DNA of 64,000 nucleotides, from assembly GCF_006345805.1 (NCBI RefSeq), contig NC_042998.1:185256001-185320000 (forward strand), given 5' to 3'. The DNA comes from Octopus sinensis. Taxonomy: Eukaryota. The notes below the pieces were generated by a model. That model made no database searches. It saw only the letters and a program-made list of their open reading frames with translations, and was not told where the DNA came from. Both the position numbers and the translations under genes were made by a program. How positions within the stretch are numbered: position 1 is the stretch's first letter; each line of letters opens with the position of its first letter. Shown here one piece after another: positions 53,328 through 64,000 of the stretch.

Positions 53328-53718
53328 ATTCAATCAATTTTTATTCAATGTAGAAGATTTATCTTCAATATTATCAGTTCAATAATATTGCTTCATAAAT
53401 TTTCATCATAAATGTTGCTTTATTCAATGCTATTTCCAACCCATGTAAACATGGAAAATACACAGACGCTGACACCAACACCATTGTCCCATACCTATAG
53501 TTCCTATTCTATTTTGCCTAATTTACTGAAAAAGATCTCATCAAACTTTAAAATTGAAAATCCAAAAGACTCAAAAAAAAAATAACAGACAGACAATAAA
53601 AATATATGATTACAATGAGAAAGTAAAAGTGGACAATTCAATGGAATCACTGCAAACAAGACAAAATGAATAAATTCTATGAAAACTAAAAGACAGCAAA
53701 TGGATAAGAAACATTTAC

Positions 53719-53785
53719 CTAGAGCCTTTTCAGCTTTCCTTCGAAACTCCCAGATTTTCAGCTCTCCAATTTTGTAACCAAGAGC
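53719..53785 (-). CDS. DUF885-family protein exon
   Basis: Polypyrimidine-gcAG acceptor at 53787-53786 and GTAAAT donor at 53718; 67 nt, phase 0-1, reads [22 protein letters not shown](G). Confidence 0.95.
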
Positions 53786-54329
53786 CTGCAAAATAAAAGA
53801 TTCAGATAGATTAATATTCAGTTTTATTAGAAAGGAAAGTAATAACAAAAATTTGATAAACCTGAAAATTCAATTAAAGCAAACTAAAACATTTATTAGG
53901 AATAAAATTTATATCTGGAATTTCAAATGAATTCATAGAAATCATGTATTAGAATTATCTCCATCCGAACGTGGTCGATGCCAGCACCGCCTTGACTGGC
54001 GTCCGTGCCGGTGGCACGTAAAAACCACCAACCGATCATGGACGTTGCCAGCCTCCCCTGGCATCTGTGCATGTAAAAAGCACCCACTACACTCACAGAG
54101 TGGTTGGCGTTAGGAAGGGCATCCAGCTGTAGAAACACTGCCAAATCAGACTGGAGCCTGGTGCAGCCTCCTGACTTTTCAGACCCCAGTCAAACCGTCA
54201 AACCCATGCTAGCATGGAAAACGGACGTTGAATAATGATGATGATGATGATGATGATTGCTTTGTACTAAAACTATTGATGCCTTTCTTAAGCACAAAAC
54301 TATCTTCTGCGAAAGTGCCAGAATTCACC

Positions 54330-54690
54330 CCATTTTTGAATGGAGACTTAAGCTCAATTCAGACTGTTAAATGAAGTTGCTGGAGACCTTGGTCAAACTC
54401 TGGCTGGAGAGGATTGGTACAGGAAAGCTATATGTCTGACAGCATTCAGTTCTTTACCATACCTCCAGAAAGAATCAGAAGTGGTTCTCAGAGAATTTCA
54501 ACAACTTCTCCAATCCTAATTTCTGGCCTCCTAATTACCCCGATTGTAATCCTATGGAGTACTATGTGTGGGGCACAGTTGAGAAAGACATTAGCTGCTG
54601 TGCCTGCAACACCAAGACCGGGCTGGTGGCCAAAATCAAGGTGTTTAATGATCTTCCCAGAAATTCAGTGAGGAATGCTTGTGTAGTCTT
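54330..54690 (+). pseudogene. Tc1/mariner (DD37D-like) transposase C-terminal fragment
   Basis: QKWFSENF...NFWPPNYPDCNPMEYYVWGTVEK...NTKTGLVAKIK. Confidence 0.7.
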
Positions 54691-55669
54691 GAGTAGACAA
54701 AGACATCTACTTGGCTGTTCCACCATTGACACAATGAAATATCGAGAATGCAGCAGCTGGAGAGAGAGACGGCTGCACTAGCAGTCCGTTCATACTCGTT
54801 TTCAGATGAGCAACGTGAAATTATGATCATGAACACAATACATTGCCCAGTCCAAGTTTTGAACCCTCAACTTTAACACTCTTAAGCCTAACACTCTTAA
54901 CTAGGTCACACACCATCTACAACACGTACGCACATGCACTTACCCACAAGGGGCTAAACACGGAGAGGACAAACAAGGACAGGCAAACGGATTAAGTCGA
55001 TTACATCGACCCCAGTGCGTAACTGGTACTTAATTTATCGACCCCGAAAGGATGAAAGGCAAAGTCGACCTCGGCGGAATTTGAACTCAGAACGTAACGG
55101 CAGACGAAATACGGCTACGCGTTTCGCCCGGCGTGCTAACGGTTCTGCCAGCTCGAGAAGTGCCGAATACATTACGAATTAATAAATCTAATCACAAATT
55201 CAAAATTAAGTGATTTTTTTCTTTTTTTAAATTTAGGACAATTTTGAAATAAAGCAGGCGTCAAACAATGAGTTACATTTACTAAACACTAAGGTTTCAT
55301 CTTCGCACATTCAACCGTCAATTCAAATTATTGACAGGGAAATAAAAGTAGAACAATGACATGTAAGGGAGACAACTTAGTATTTACTTCAACTGAAATT
55401 GCCTCCCTTTGAATATTTTTTTTTTCATGCCGATAGCCATTGTGATTAGCGCTCTGTATAAAAAAATAGTAGAGATCGGGTTTTGTATAGAATCAATAGA
55501 ATTAAGGGGAAAAAACAGAAGAATAACTTAGCAACAGCTGCAAGGCATCCTCAACTGAACAAAACTATAGTTAAAGTGTTACAGCCATAACTAACCTTGG
55601 TAGGCAATGCAATGATTTGAGGGAGATTCAGATACTATTTCAAGCACGTAAAGCAACTACATAAAAGCT

Positions 55670-56520
55670 TTAAAATCATCAAATCGCCTCAGTCACGCAC
55701 GAAGGTCATTGAAACCAACGACTTGTGTGCTGGAGCATTGTCCTGGTGAAACAAAAACCCCTTTCATCACTTTTTCTGGGCGTTTCGTCTTGATAGCCTT
55801 TCGTATCTGTCTCAGCAACTTGACATAGTACTCTTTTGCTTGTTTCTGTCATTTAACTGTGGCCATGCTGGAGCACCGCCTTTAGTCGAGCAAATCGACC
55901 CCAGGACTTATTCTTTGGAAGCCCAGTACTTATTCTATCGGTCTCTTTGCCGAACCGCTAAGTTACGGGGACGTAAACACACCAACATCGGTTGTCAAGC
56001 GATGTTGGGGGAACAAACACAGACACACAAACATATATACATACATATATATACATATACATATATACAACGGGCTTCTTTCAGTTTCCATCTACCAAAT
56101 CCACTCACAAGGCTTTGGTCAACCCGAGGCTATAGTAGAAGACACTTGCCCAAGGTGCCATGCAGTGGGACTGAACCCGGAACCATGTGGTTGGTAAGCA
56201 AACTACTTACCACACAGCCACTCCTGTGCCTTTTCTCCATTAATAGCATGGCTCTTTCCAAGGCAGTCAATAAATATGCCTTTTGCATCCCAAAAACATG
56301 ATGCCACCAGCTTCCCTGCAGACTAAACTACCTTCGCCTTCTTTGGAGCAGGTGAGGAGGGGGTGTTTCTACTGAATGGATTGTCTCTTTGTCTCTGCCT
56401 CAAAGTACTGAACCCAACACTCATCCTGGCTAATCAGCTGGATCTGTCTCAATGTCAGATTTTCCCATAATGTGATCAGCCTGATGCACTTTTGGTCAAA
56501 TGTCAGGAGACGTGGCATCC
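55670..56520 (-). pseudogene. mariner transposase fragment split by a family B SINE
   Basis: GFLFHQDNAPAHKS at about 55720-55760; K.VAS.FW motif region at 56280-56350; SINE inserted at 55831-56230. Confidence 0.7.
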
Positions 56521-57665
56521 ATCAAACAGAAACCAAAAAGAATATATATTGATCAACTTCTAGAAGACTCTGGATCTCAAGTTGAGGATATGAAAACTGC
56601 TATGGAAGATCAGGGCATCTAGCATGGAGATGCGTGGCTTAGTGGTTAGGGTGTCAGCATCATGATTGTAAGATTGTGGTTTCGATTCCTGGACTGGGCG
56701 ATGCGTTGTGTTCTTGAGCAAAACACTTCATTTCACATTGCTGAGAGAAGGTGGTGAGTTGGCAGAAACGTTAGCACGGTGGGCGAAATGCATAGCTGTA
56801 TTTTGTCTGCCATTACATTCTGAGTTCAAATTCCACCGAGGTCGACTTTGCCTTTCATCCTTTCGGGGTCGATAAATTAAGTACCAGTTACGCACTGGGG
56901 TCGATGTAATCAACTTAATCCATTTGTCTGTCCTTGTTTGTCCTCTCTGTGTTTGGCCCCTTGTGGGTAGTAAAAAAATAGGTATTTCGTCTGCCGCTAC
57001 GTTCTGAGTTCAAATTCCAACGAGATCGACTTTGCCTTTCATCCTTTCGATTTGATCGAGGCAAGTCGCCTAACAAGATAGACAGAAAGATCTCTTAATC
57101 CTTATATTTTAGGTAATCTTTAAGCAATTGAAACTACTTAGAAAATAGTTAGGGAAATGAACCAATGTTCATTATTCAGCCCCAGAGGCAAATGAATAAT
57201 GTGCTTAGAAAAACAATGAGCAAGGAGGGGAGTTTTGATTAATCTGGTATCTTAAGAACTGAAATCTTCAAAGTGATAAATTCAAAATCTGGACACTGTA
57301 ATAGTGGCAGGAGGAGGAGGAAAGATGAGCAGACCAATTAAGTAGTTAACTAGTTCAGAGGAACTGAGGTTATTGAATCAATGACAAAAGATGTGGAGGT
57401 GGGGAGGGTGAGATAGAGAGGGAGAGAAGAAGAGAGTGGGGAAACTACTATATGTAAAGACTTGATATTTCTACTTTTTTAAATATTTTATTAATCGAAT
57501 TTTAATTTTAAAATCTATTTTTATCTTTTACTTGTTTCAGTCATAAGACTGCAGCCAGTGTTTAGTCAAACAAATCGACCCCAGTACTTATTTATGTAAG
57601 CCTAGTATTTTTTATTGAACTACTAAGTTATGAGGATATAAACAAACCAACACCGGCTGTCATGC

Positions 57666-57861
57666 TGTTGTTGTTGTTAAGCAGCAAGATGGGTAAGAGT
57701 GATTAGGTGATGGTCTAGGGCTTAGGGGCGGGAGATCCCAGACCTTAGTAAAAAAAAACTTTGGTCGTCTTGTAGTTGAGGGCTCTTCATTGACACCACT
57801 GGGAGGTGGCCCTTGAAGTCACTGGAAATGGAGATCTCCAGGTCCAAATTCTTGAATGGCT
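57666..57861 (-). mobile_element. ~196-bp retroposon with (CAA)n tail, copy 2, nested in a family B SINE
   Basis: TSD GGCTGTCATGC at 57655-57665 and 57862-57872. Confidence 0.85.
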
Positions 57862-58465
57862 GGCTGTCATGCAGTAGTAGTGGGGGAGGACAAACACAAA
57901 CCCAAAGACCGACAACATACACACACACACATATTTGACAGGCTTGCTCAAAGTGTCCATCTACAATATTTACTCTGAATTTACAATATCCCAGGGCTAT
58001 AATAGAAGACACTTGCCCAAGGTGTTATGCAGTAGGACTGAACTTGAAACCACATAGTTGCAAAACAACATTTCTTAATCACTTGGCCAAATGGCGAAAA
58101 AATTTATTATATCCCTCATAATATTATGCAATCAACATTTGGCGTTAGGAAGGGCATCCAGCCGTAGAAACACTGCCAGATCTGACTGGGCCTGACGAAG
58201 CCTTCCAGCTTCACAGACCCCAGTTGAACCGTCCAACCCATGCTAGCATGGAAAGCGGACGCTAAATGATGATGATAATGATGGTGATGATTACAACTAT
58301 TTTTTGTAATAAATTTCAATAATTTGTTAAAATTTGTCACAATATTATTCAAATTAGTTTTTTTATATTTAAAAACAAAAAAGCAACAAAAATAATACAT
58401 GAAAAGATATATTTCAATAGAATTTCATGAATAATAGAAACATTGTCTGAAAATTCCAGCTTTAC

Positions 58466-58568
58466 CTGTCCTGGCCATGTAATATAACGATCAACTTCGT
58501 TTGAAATGGATAAGGAATCAATAGGGCAGTTTTCGTTCATATAATCAATAGCCTTCTGACGTGACCAC
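58466..58568 (-). CDS. DUF885-family protein exon
   Basis: cAG acceptor at 58570-58569 and GTAAA donor at 58465; 103 nt, phase 2-0, reads [34 protein letters not shown] (DUF885 'EVDRYI.WPGQ'). Confidence 0.95.
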
Positions 58569-58702
58569 CTGAAGATAGATAATTATTTGTAAATCATTCA
58601 CAAAAACTATTACTTAAAAGACATTTTTGTATATTTAAACATACAAAAATCTATAAATGCAAGTGTACACATGTTCTTTCTCTTATATGCATATATATAT
58701 AT

Positions 58703-58735
<33 letters not shown>

Positions 58736-59374
58736 TAGACAGTAGAGAGAGAGAGATGTTTTTATATCAGAATGTCAGTTTATAATTAAGTGGTTGACAT
58801 TAGAATATCGTTATAATAGAATAAAAACAGATGCACCAACAATTCATGAAACTATTTGACATGCGATGTCAAGATGCACACATATACACACGCACACACA
58901 CACATATGCATACTACACACACACACACTGCTTGTGAAGACCTGTTGAGGCAAGTGAAATCGAAATCAAATTTGGTGACTGGCACCCATGCTAGCGGGAT
59001 GCAAAGAGCACCATACGAGCGTGATCGTTGACAGAGCGGCTAACCGGCTTCCGTGCCAGTGGCACATAAAAGGGCACCATTTGAGTGTGATCGCTACCAG
59101 CGTCACCTTACTGGCACTTGAGCCCCATGCTAGTAGGGTGCTAAGAGCACCATCTGAGCATGATTGTTGCCAAAGCAGCTAAGCGGCTTCCATGCCGGTG
59201 GCACGTAAAAGGCACCATTCGAGCGTGATCGTTACCAGCATCGCCTTACTGGCACGTGAAAAGACATTCGAGCGAGGTCATTGCCAGTACTGCCTGACTG
59301 GCCCCCGTGCCAGTGGCACGTAAAAGCACCCACTACACTCTCGGAGTGGTTGGCATTAGGAAGGGCATATTTTA

Positions 59375-59560
59375 AACGTAGCTTGGCATGTCTTTTCAAA
59401 CACAGCAAAATCCCAGAAGTCTTGGTCCCTTGTCATCTCCTCTGTGAGTCTCAACATCTGTAGATCCTTTCTCAGCACTTCATCCCCACATCTTCCTGGG
59501 TCTACTCCTTCCACGTGTTCCCTCTACAATTAGAGATCAGCACCACTTGATGCAAAGAAT
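59375..59560 (-). mobile_element. RTE-like LINE 3' fragment
   Basis: Minus strand LIVEGTRGRSRPRKMW motif. Confidence 0.6.
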
Positions 59561-59737
59561 TGTACAGTACTGCTTTTCTGCACATTATCTGCATTGAGTA
59601 CATAGTATAGAATTTCTCCTTCCTCCTTTTCTGCATATCCAGCATAACCACATCTTAGTTGGTAATAATAGTTTTCTCTTTTGCTAATACTTTCATCTGT
59701 GCATAATTGAATCTAGGGCTTCTCCAATCCAAACATG

Positions 59738-60330
59738 TACGAAGGTGGGCTGTAAAGTTCATAGGTTGACTATGAACAAGTAATGCTAGAGCTATGAAAA
59801 GTTGTATACATTAATTTCAACACTTCTTATTAATAACAGCTTTGTTTCTTTCCAGTTAAACAGACATCTGACTGTTCAAATAAGACTTCAAAAGTAACTA
59901 ATAGCTACTTCTCTTGAAAATGGACAAAATTCGGCATCGTGGTTTTATCAAGTACTTGCAGAAAAAGGGTTTAGCCCCCAAGAACATTTATGCTGACAAG
60001 GTTGCTATATTAGGGGATGATGCACCAGCTTTATCAACAGTGCAAAAGTAGACAGCTGAATTTAGGAGGGAAGGGAGTCTTGAAGATGACCTAAGACGAC
60101 CTAAGATGACCTAAACTATCACCACTGAGGAAAACGTTGATTGTGTTCACCCCATGGTGATGGATGACAAGTGATTGACCATGAATCAAATAGCCAATGC
60201 TGTTAGCATATCCCTTGAGAGGCTTGAGAATATTCTGCATTCCGAACTTGGCATGATGAACGTTTCTACTTGATGGATGCCACATCATCTGACACCTGAT
60301 CAAAAGCACACCAGGCTGCCCACATCATAG
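59738..60330 (+). mobile_element. mariner element 5' half (TIR and transposase N-terminus)
   Basis: TA|CGAAGGTGGGCTGTAAAGTTC terminus; ATG at 59920 MDKIRHRGFIKYLQKKGLAPKNIYAD...DAPALSTVQK*; later WMPHHLTPDQK (WVPHEL-like). Confidence 0.82.
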
Positions 60331-60449
60331 GCTTTCGCTGTCTTCATATCCTTAAAAGTCAATAAAATATTTGATGTTTTTAAACACACCTTATTTTTTA
60401 AATTTTTAACTACATCAGAAAATAAAGAATATCTTGATGACAGACTTAC

Positions 60450-60521
60450 CTCATGGCATGAATTCCTGTATCAACCACAAGGCGACATGCTCGGTGCATT
60501 TCAAAATTGTAACGGCCCAAC
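60450..60521 (-). CDS. DUF885-family protein exon
   Basis: tAG acceptor at 60523-60522 and GTAAGT donor at 60449; 72 nt, phase 2-2, reads [23 protein letters not shown](R), the DUF885 signature '[12 protein letters not shown]'. Confidence 0.95.
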
Positions 60522-60713
60522 CTAAAAGTTTTAAATTCATACAAGGAAACAACCATTAAGATACAATACAGACATAAAAATACTATTTCCAAAAGTAAAT
60601 GATGAATTAATAGTTTAAATTTCTCAAGTGTTTTCCTTTATAATATGTTTTTTTTTAATATTGAAACAGCATTAAAAAGAACATCAAACTGTATTGTGTT
60701 CACATTTACTTAC

Positions 60714-60778
60714 AGTTTATAGTTATCTGTATACAATCCCATCTCTTTTCCAAGTGCTTCACAGTAAAGGCCCCAACC
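60714..60778 (-). CDS. DUF885-family protein exon
   Basis: cAG acceptor at 60780-60779 and GTAAGT donor at 60713; 65 nt, phase 0-2, reads GWGLYCEALGKEMGLYTDNYK(L). Confidence 0.92.
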
Positions 60779-60896
60779 CTGTCAAAAGCAAAATAAATAA
60801 ATAAATATATATATATATTTAATAAAGTATTGAGTGGGTATTATCTGATGGTTGATGATTGATTTAGGTATGTTTCTCCATTTTCTCATTTTGTAT

Positions 60897-60932
<36 letters not shown>

Positions 60933-61371
60933 CATCTAATATACTCTTTTTACTCGTTTCAGTCATTTGACTGCGGCCATGCTGGAGCACCGCCTTTAGT
61001 CGAGCAAATCGACCCCGGGACATATTCTTTGTAAGCCCAGTACTTATTCTATCGGTCTCTTTTGCCGAACCGCTAAGTAACGGGGACGTAAACACACCAG
61101 CATCGGTTGTCAAGCAATGCTAGGGGGACAAACACAGACACACAAACATATATATATATATATATATACGACAGGCTTCTTTCAGTTTCCGTCTACCAAA
61201 TCCACTCACAAGGCTTTGGTCAGCCCGAGGCTATAGTAGAAGACACTTGCCCAAGGTGCCACGCAGTGGGACTGAACCCGGAACCATGCGGTTGGTAAAC
61301 AAGCTACTTACCACACAGCCACTCCTGCGCTATATATATATATATTATATATATATATTTACATCTAATAT

Positions 61372-61579
61372 AGGACAACATTTTTGAAAAAATTTTATCA
61401 ATGGCCAGCATATTAAAAAAATACCTTTAAAGGTTAAATTTATAAACAACTTATAAACAAGGGCAAAAGAAAACAATTTTATCCTACATTAGTGATAAAT
61501 TATATGGTTATTGACGATTAAGTCTATTTTGGCATATTTGGCATTGAAATTTTTTTCTTTTGCCCTTGTTTATAAGTTG

Positions 61580-61627
<48 letters not shown>

Positions 61628-61739
61628 AGAATATATGAATAATTGGGTACACTATCAGCAGTATATTGAATAGGTACTATCCCTTAGTTGGTTTCCCAAC
61701 CTCTAACTCACAATACATATATATATACATAAATATATA

Positions 61740-61791
<52 letters not shown>

Positions 61792-61940
61792 AATTTTTTA
61801 CATAATAAGATAAAAAAACCAAGGCTGTATAGATATTAGAGCATTTATAGATAGAAGGTCTTACAGCTGTTTCTAGGATATTAATTAATAATATCCCTTC
61901 ACCAGATATCTCTTCATCGGATATGTAGTCAAACCACACA
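61372..61940. mobile_element. Penelope-like terminal-repeat relics with an inverted repeat and a degenerate hammerhead
   Basis: 28-bp inverted repeat 61447-61474 / 61553-61580; minus-strand CTGGTGA...GAAA-CAGCTG-TA at 61856-61911. Confidence 0.5.
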
Positions 61941-62119
61941 TACATAAGTGAGTTCTAAATGCCATTCATACTCTCACATACACATACATGCATGCACAAC
62001 ACACACACACACACATGCAGAGCAGTCAATTAGACCTACCAAATCAATACATTACTCACATCAGATGCACACAAAGGTGCAGTCACACTGCTAATCTAAC
62101 ACACAGGTGTAACAACATT

Positions 62120-62390
62120 CTCTCTCTCTATCCGCTCAGTTGAAGTCGACTCTCGGTCACTCATTGGATCAGTGTCCTCCAGTCAGTTCTATCCTGGGCC
62201 GCTTCTTTCAGATTGGCTATGTCCATTCCGGTATCACTCCTGATGGTTTCAAGCCAGCGGGTTCTTGGTCGGCCTCTTCCTCTCTTGCCACTGATCATTG
62301 TGAGCATGATGTCCTTCTCCAGGGATTTTCTCCACATAATATGACCGAAATATGCCAATCTACGCTTGGTGATCCCAGCTTAATATTTTC
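62120..62390 (-). mobile_element. RTE/BovB-like LINE 3' end
   Basis: YFGHIMWRKSLEKDIMLTMISGKRGRGRPRTRWLETI...AAQDRTDWR; (GA)n tail. Confidence 0.88.
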
Positions 62391-62469
62391 CAAATAATGA
62401 TGATTCGAGGAATGAAAGTAAATATCTCCAAATATATCAAAAATAAAAACTAACAAAAAAATTACTTAC

Positions 62470-62580
62470 TTCCATATAAGCAGTATGAAGCAGAAAGCGA
62501 GAAGGTGCAAGATAATATTTCATATCCTGCATGAAGCATCGAAATGCTGGACAGTTTTCTATTTTCAAGGCCGCTGATGC
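62470..62580 (-). CDS. DUF885-family protein, first exon visible in window (upstream exons outside window)
   Basis: ttcAG acceptor at 62582-62581 and GTAAG donor at 62469; 111 nt, phase 0-0, reads ASAALKIENCPAFRCFMQDMKYYLAPSRFLLHTAYME. TAYME joins in frame to GWGLYCE of the next exon, giving the DUF885 'TAYxEGWxLYxE' motif. Confidence 0.88.
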
Positions 62581-64000
62581 CTGAAGGGAAAAAAATAAAA
62601 TTGGAGAAAATCAGAATAGCATTAATAAAACGCATGTTACAAATAAGAGATCCGTGCAGTTGCTAGAAATTAATAGCCAAGTCTCCTTCAATTTCAATAC
62701 TGCCCTCTTAGAAATGGAAGGATATATTGTCTACTGTCATCCAGAGAATACCAAACCTGGAACAAAAGATAGAATGGTCTTGACCAGAATATCTTTGATT
62801 ATATGGCTGTTTGATCAGAAGTGAGTTGAGGCTAAACAACAACTCTAGTTGTGGAAGCACTCCGTCGGTTACGACGATGAGAGTTCCGGTTGATCCAAAT
62901 CAACGGAACAGCCTGTTCGTGAAATTAACGTGTAAGTGGCTGAGCACTCCACAGACACGTGCACCCTTAACGTAGTTCTCGGGGATATTCAGTGTGACAC
63001 AGAGAGTGACAAGGCCGGCCCCTTGAAATACAGGTACAACAGAAACAGGAAGTAAGAGTGAGAGAAAGTTGTGGTGAAAGAGTACAGCAGAGATCACCAC
63101 CATCCCCTGCCGGAGCCTCGTGGAACTTTTAGGTGTTTTCGCTCAATAAACACTCACAACGCCCGGTCTGGGAATCAAAACCGCGATCCTATGACCGCAA
63201 GTCCGCTGCCCTAACCACTGGGCCACAACTCTAGTTACCATGATGGGAACTTCAACACAGGTTATCCACTCTGAACAATATAGTAGCTAAATATGTTTTA
63301 ACAGCCTCGGAGGTAAGAAAGCTCACTTGCGAGATAGAAATGCAGATCTCCATATTACTGACCTTACAAAAATCATACCTAGGGTAATGAGAAGATACTC
63401 AATCAACATAGTAGTTATTTATATATTAATTGCACTTACAACATGCTTAGCATCACAGGAACCAGTAGGCTGGAAAACCATCAAGATGGCTGTGGAGGCA
63501 GCAGAGGTAACTGTGGATCAGGCGGTGCAAGCACTGGAAGGCGTAGTGTTACCAGAGATAGTGCTAATTGGACACAAGCTCTGAAGGCTTGATCAACCTC
63601 AGTCGGGTCACCCAGGAGAAGGCGTCTGATGTCAAATGATCCAAAACACATAATGACCCAAGAAAACATCACTGATGATGTGTCTAGGTGCATCACAAGA
63701 TGATGTATGGAAAAATTGAAATTTGAAATTGTCTCCCCTACTTTTTCTGACCACAATTAGTCATTCAGATAACGATAATTTTCAACACTAATTAAAATTT
63801 CTAATCCTAACCTTAACTGCATTAAGTCAGAAATGTTGCTCTTTAGTAGGCTGGGACACATCTTCAGAACATTCCTAACTTGTAAAAGCGAGGATCACAT
63901 TTTTACACTCACATCATAAATTTCTATGTATTCTATTACCTTCCAAGTTTCAGTTTGACCAGCTGACTCTTAGTTAAGAGGATCTCTATGAACTTTTCAG

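Noticed and set aside
63327-63756. Possible upstream DUF885 exon (ORFs 63327-63584 and 63481-63756)
   Set aside because: I found no HE..PGHH-type sequence or other DUF885 motif on the minus strand; the origin is unresolved.

Overview
AT-rich, repeat-dominated animal genomic DNA with one 100-N assembly gap at 31337-31436. The SINE families and microsatellite load match what I recall of octopus/coleoid cephalopod genomes; this is inference, not a database result. Most of the supplied ORFs are microsatellite read-throughs. The only host gene I can support is the 3' part of an intron-containing DUF885-family gene (putative zincin-like metallopeptidase, best known from bacteria) on the minus strand. 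It has six GT-AG exons between 62580 and 51444 that splice in frame to 176 aa plus TAA; its 5' exons lie beyond the window. The rest is a nest of mobile DNA: at least four SINE families, R4/Dong-type REL retrotransposon fragments in (AAT)n and (ATAC)n arrays, L1/Tx1, RTE and Penelope (GIY-YIG) relics, Tc1/mariner/pogo relics and MITEs, and non-autonomous Helitrons. The most notable hidden structures are: a ~197-bp TSD-flanked retroposon in two copies whose head resembles an HDV-like ribozyme; several Penelope-type minimal hammerhead motifs, one intact; a Helitron flanked by a 105-bp direct duplication; a perfect 36-bp-stem hairpin; and several template-switch rearrangements.
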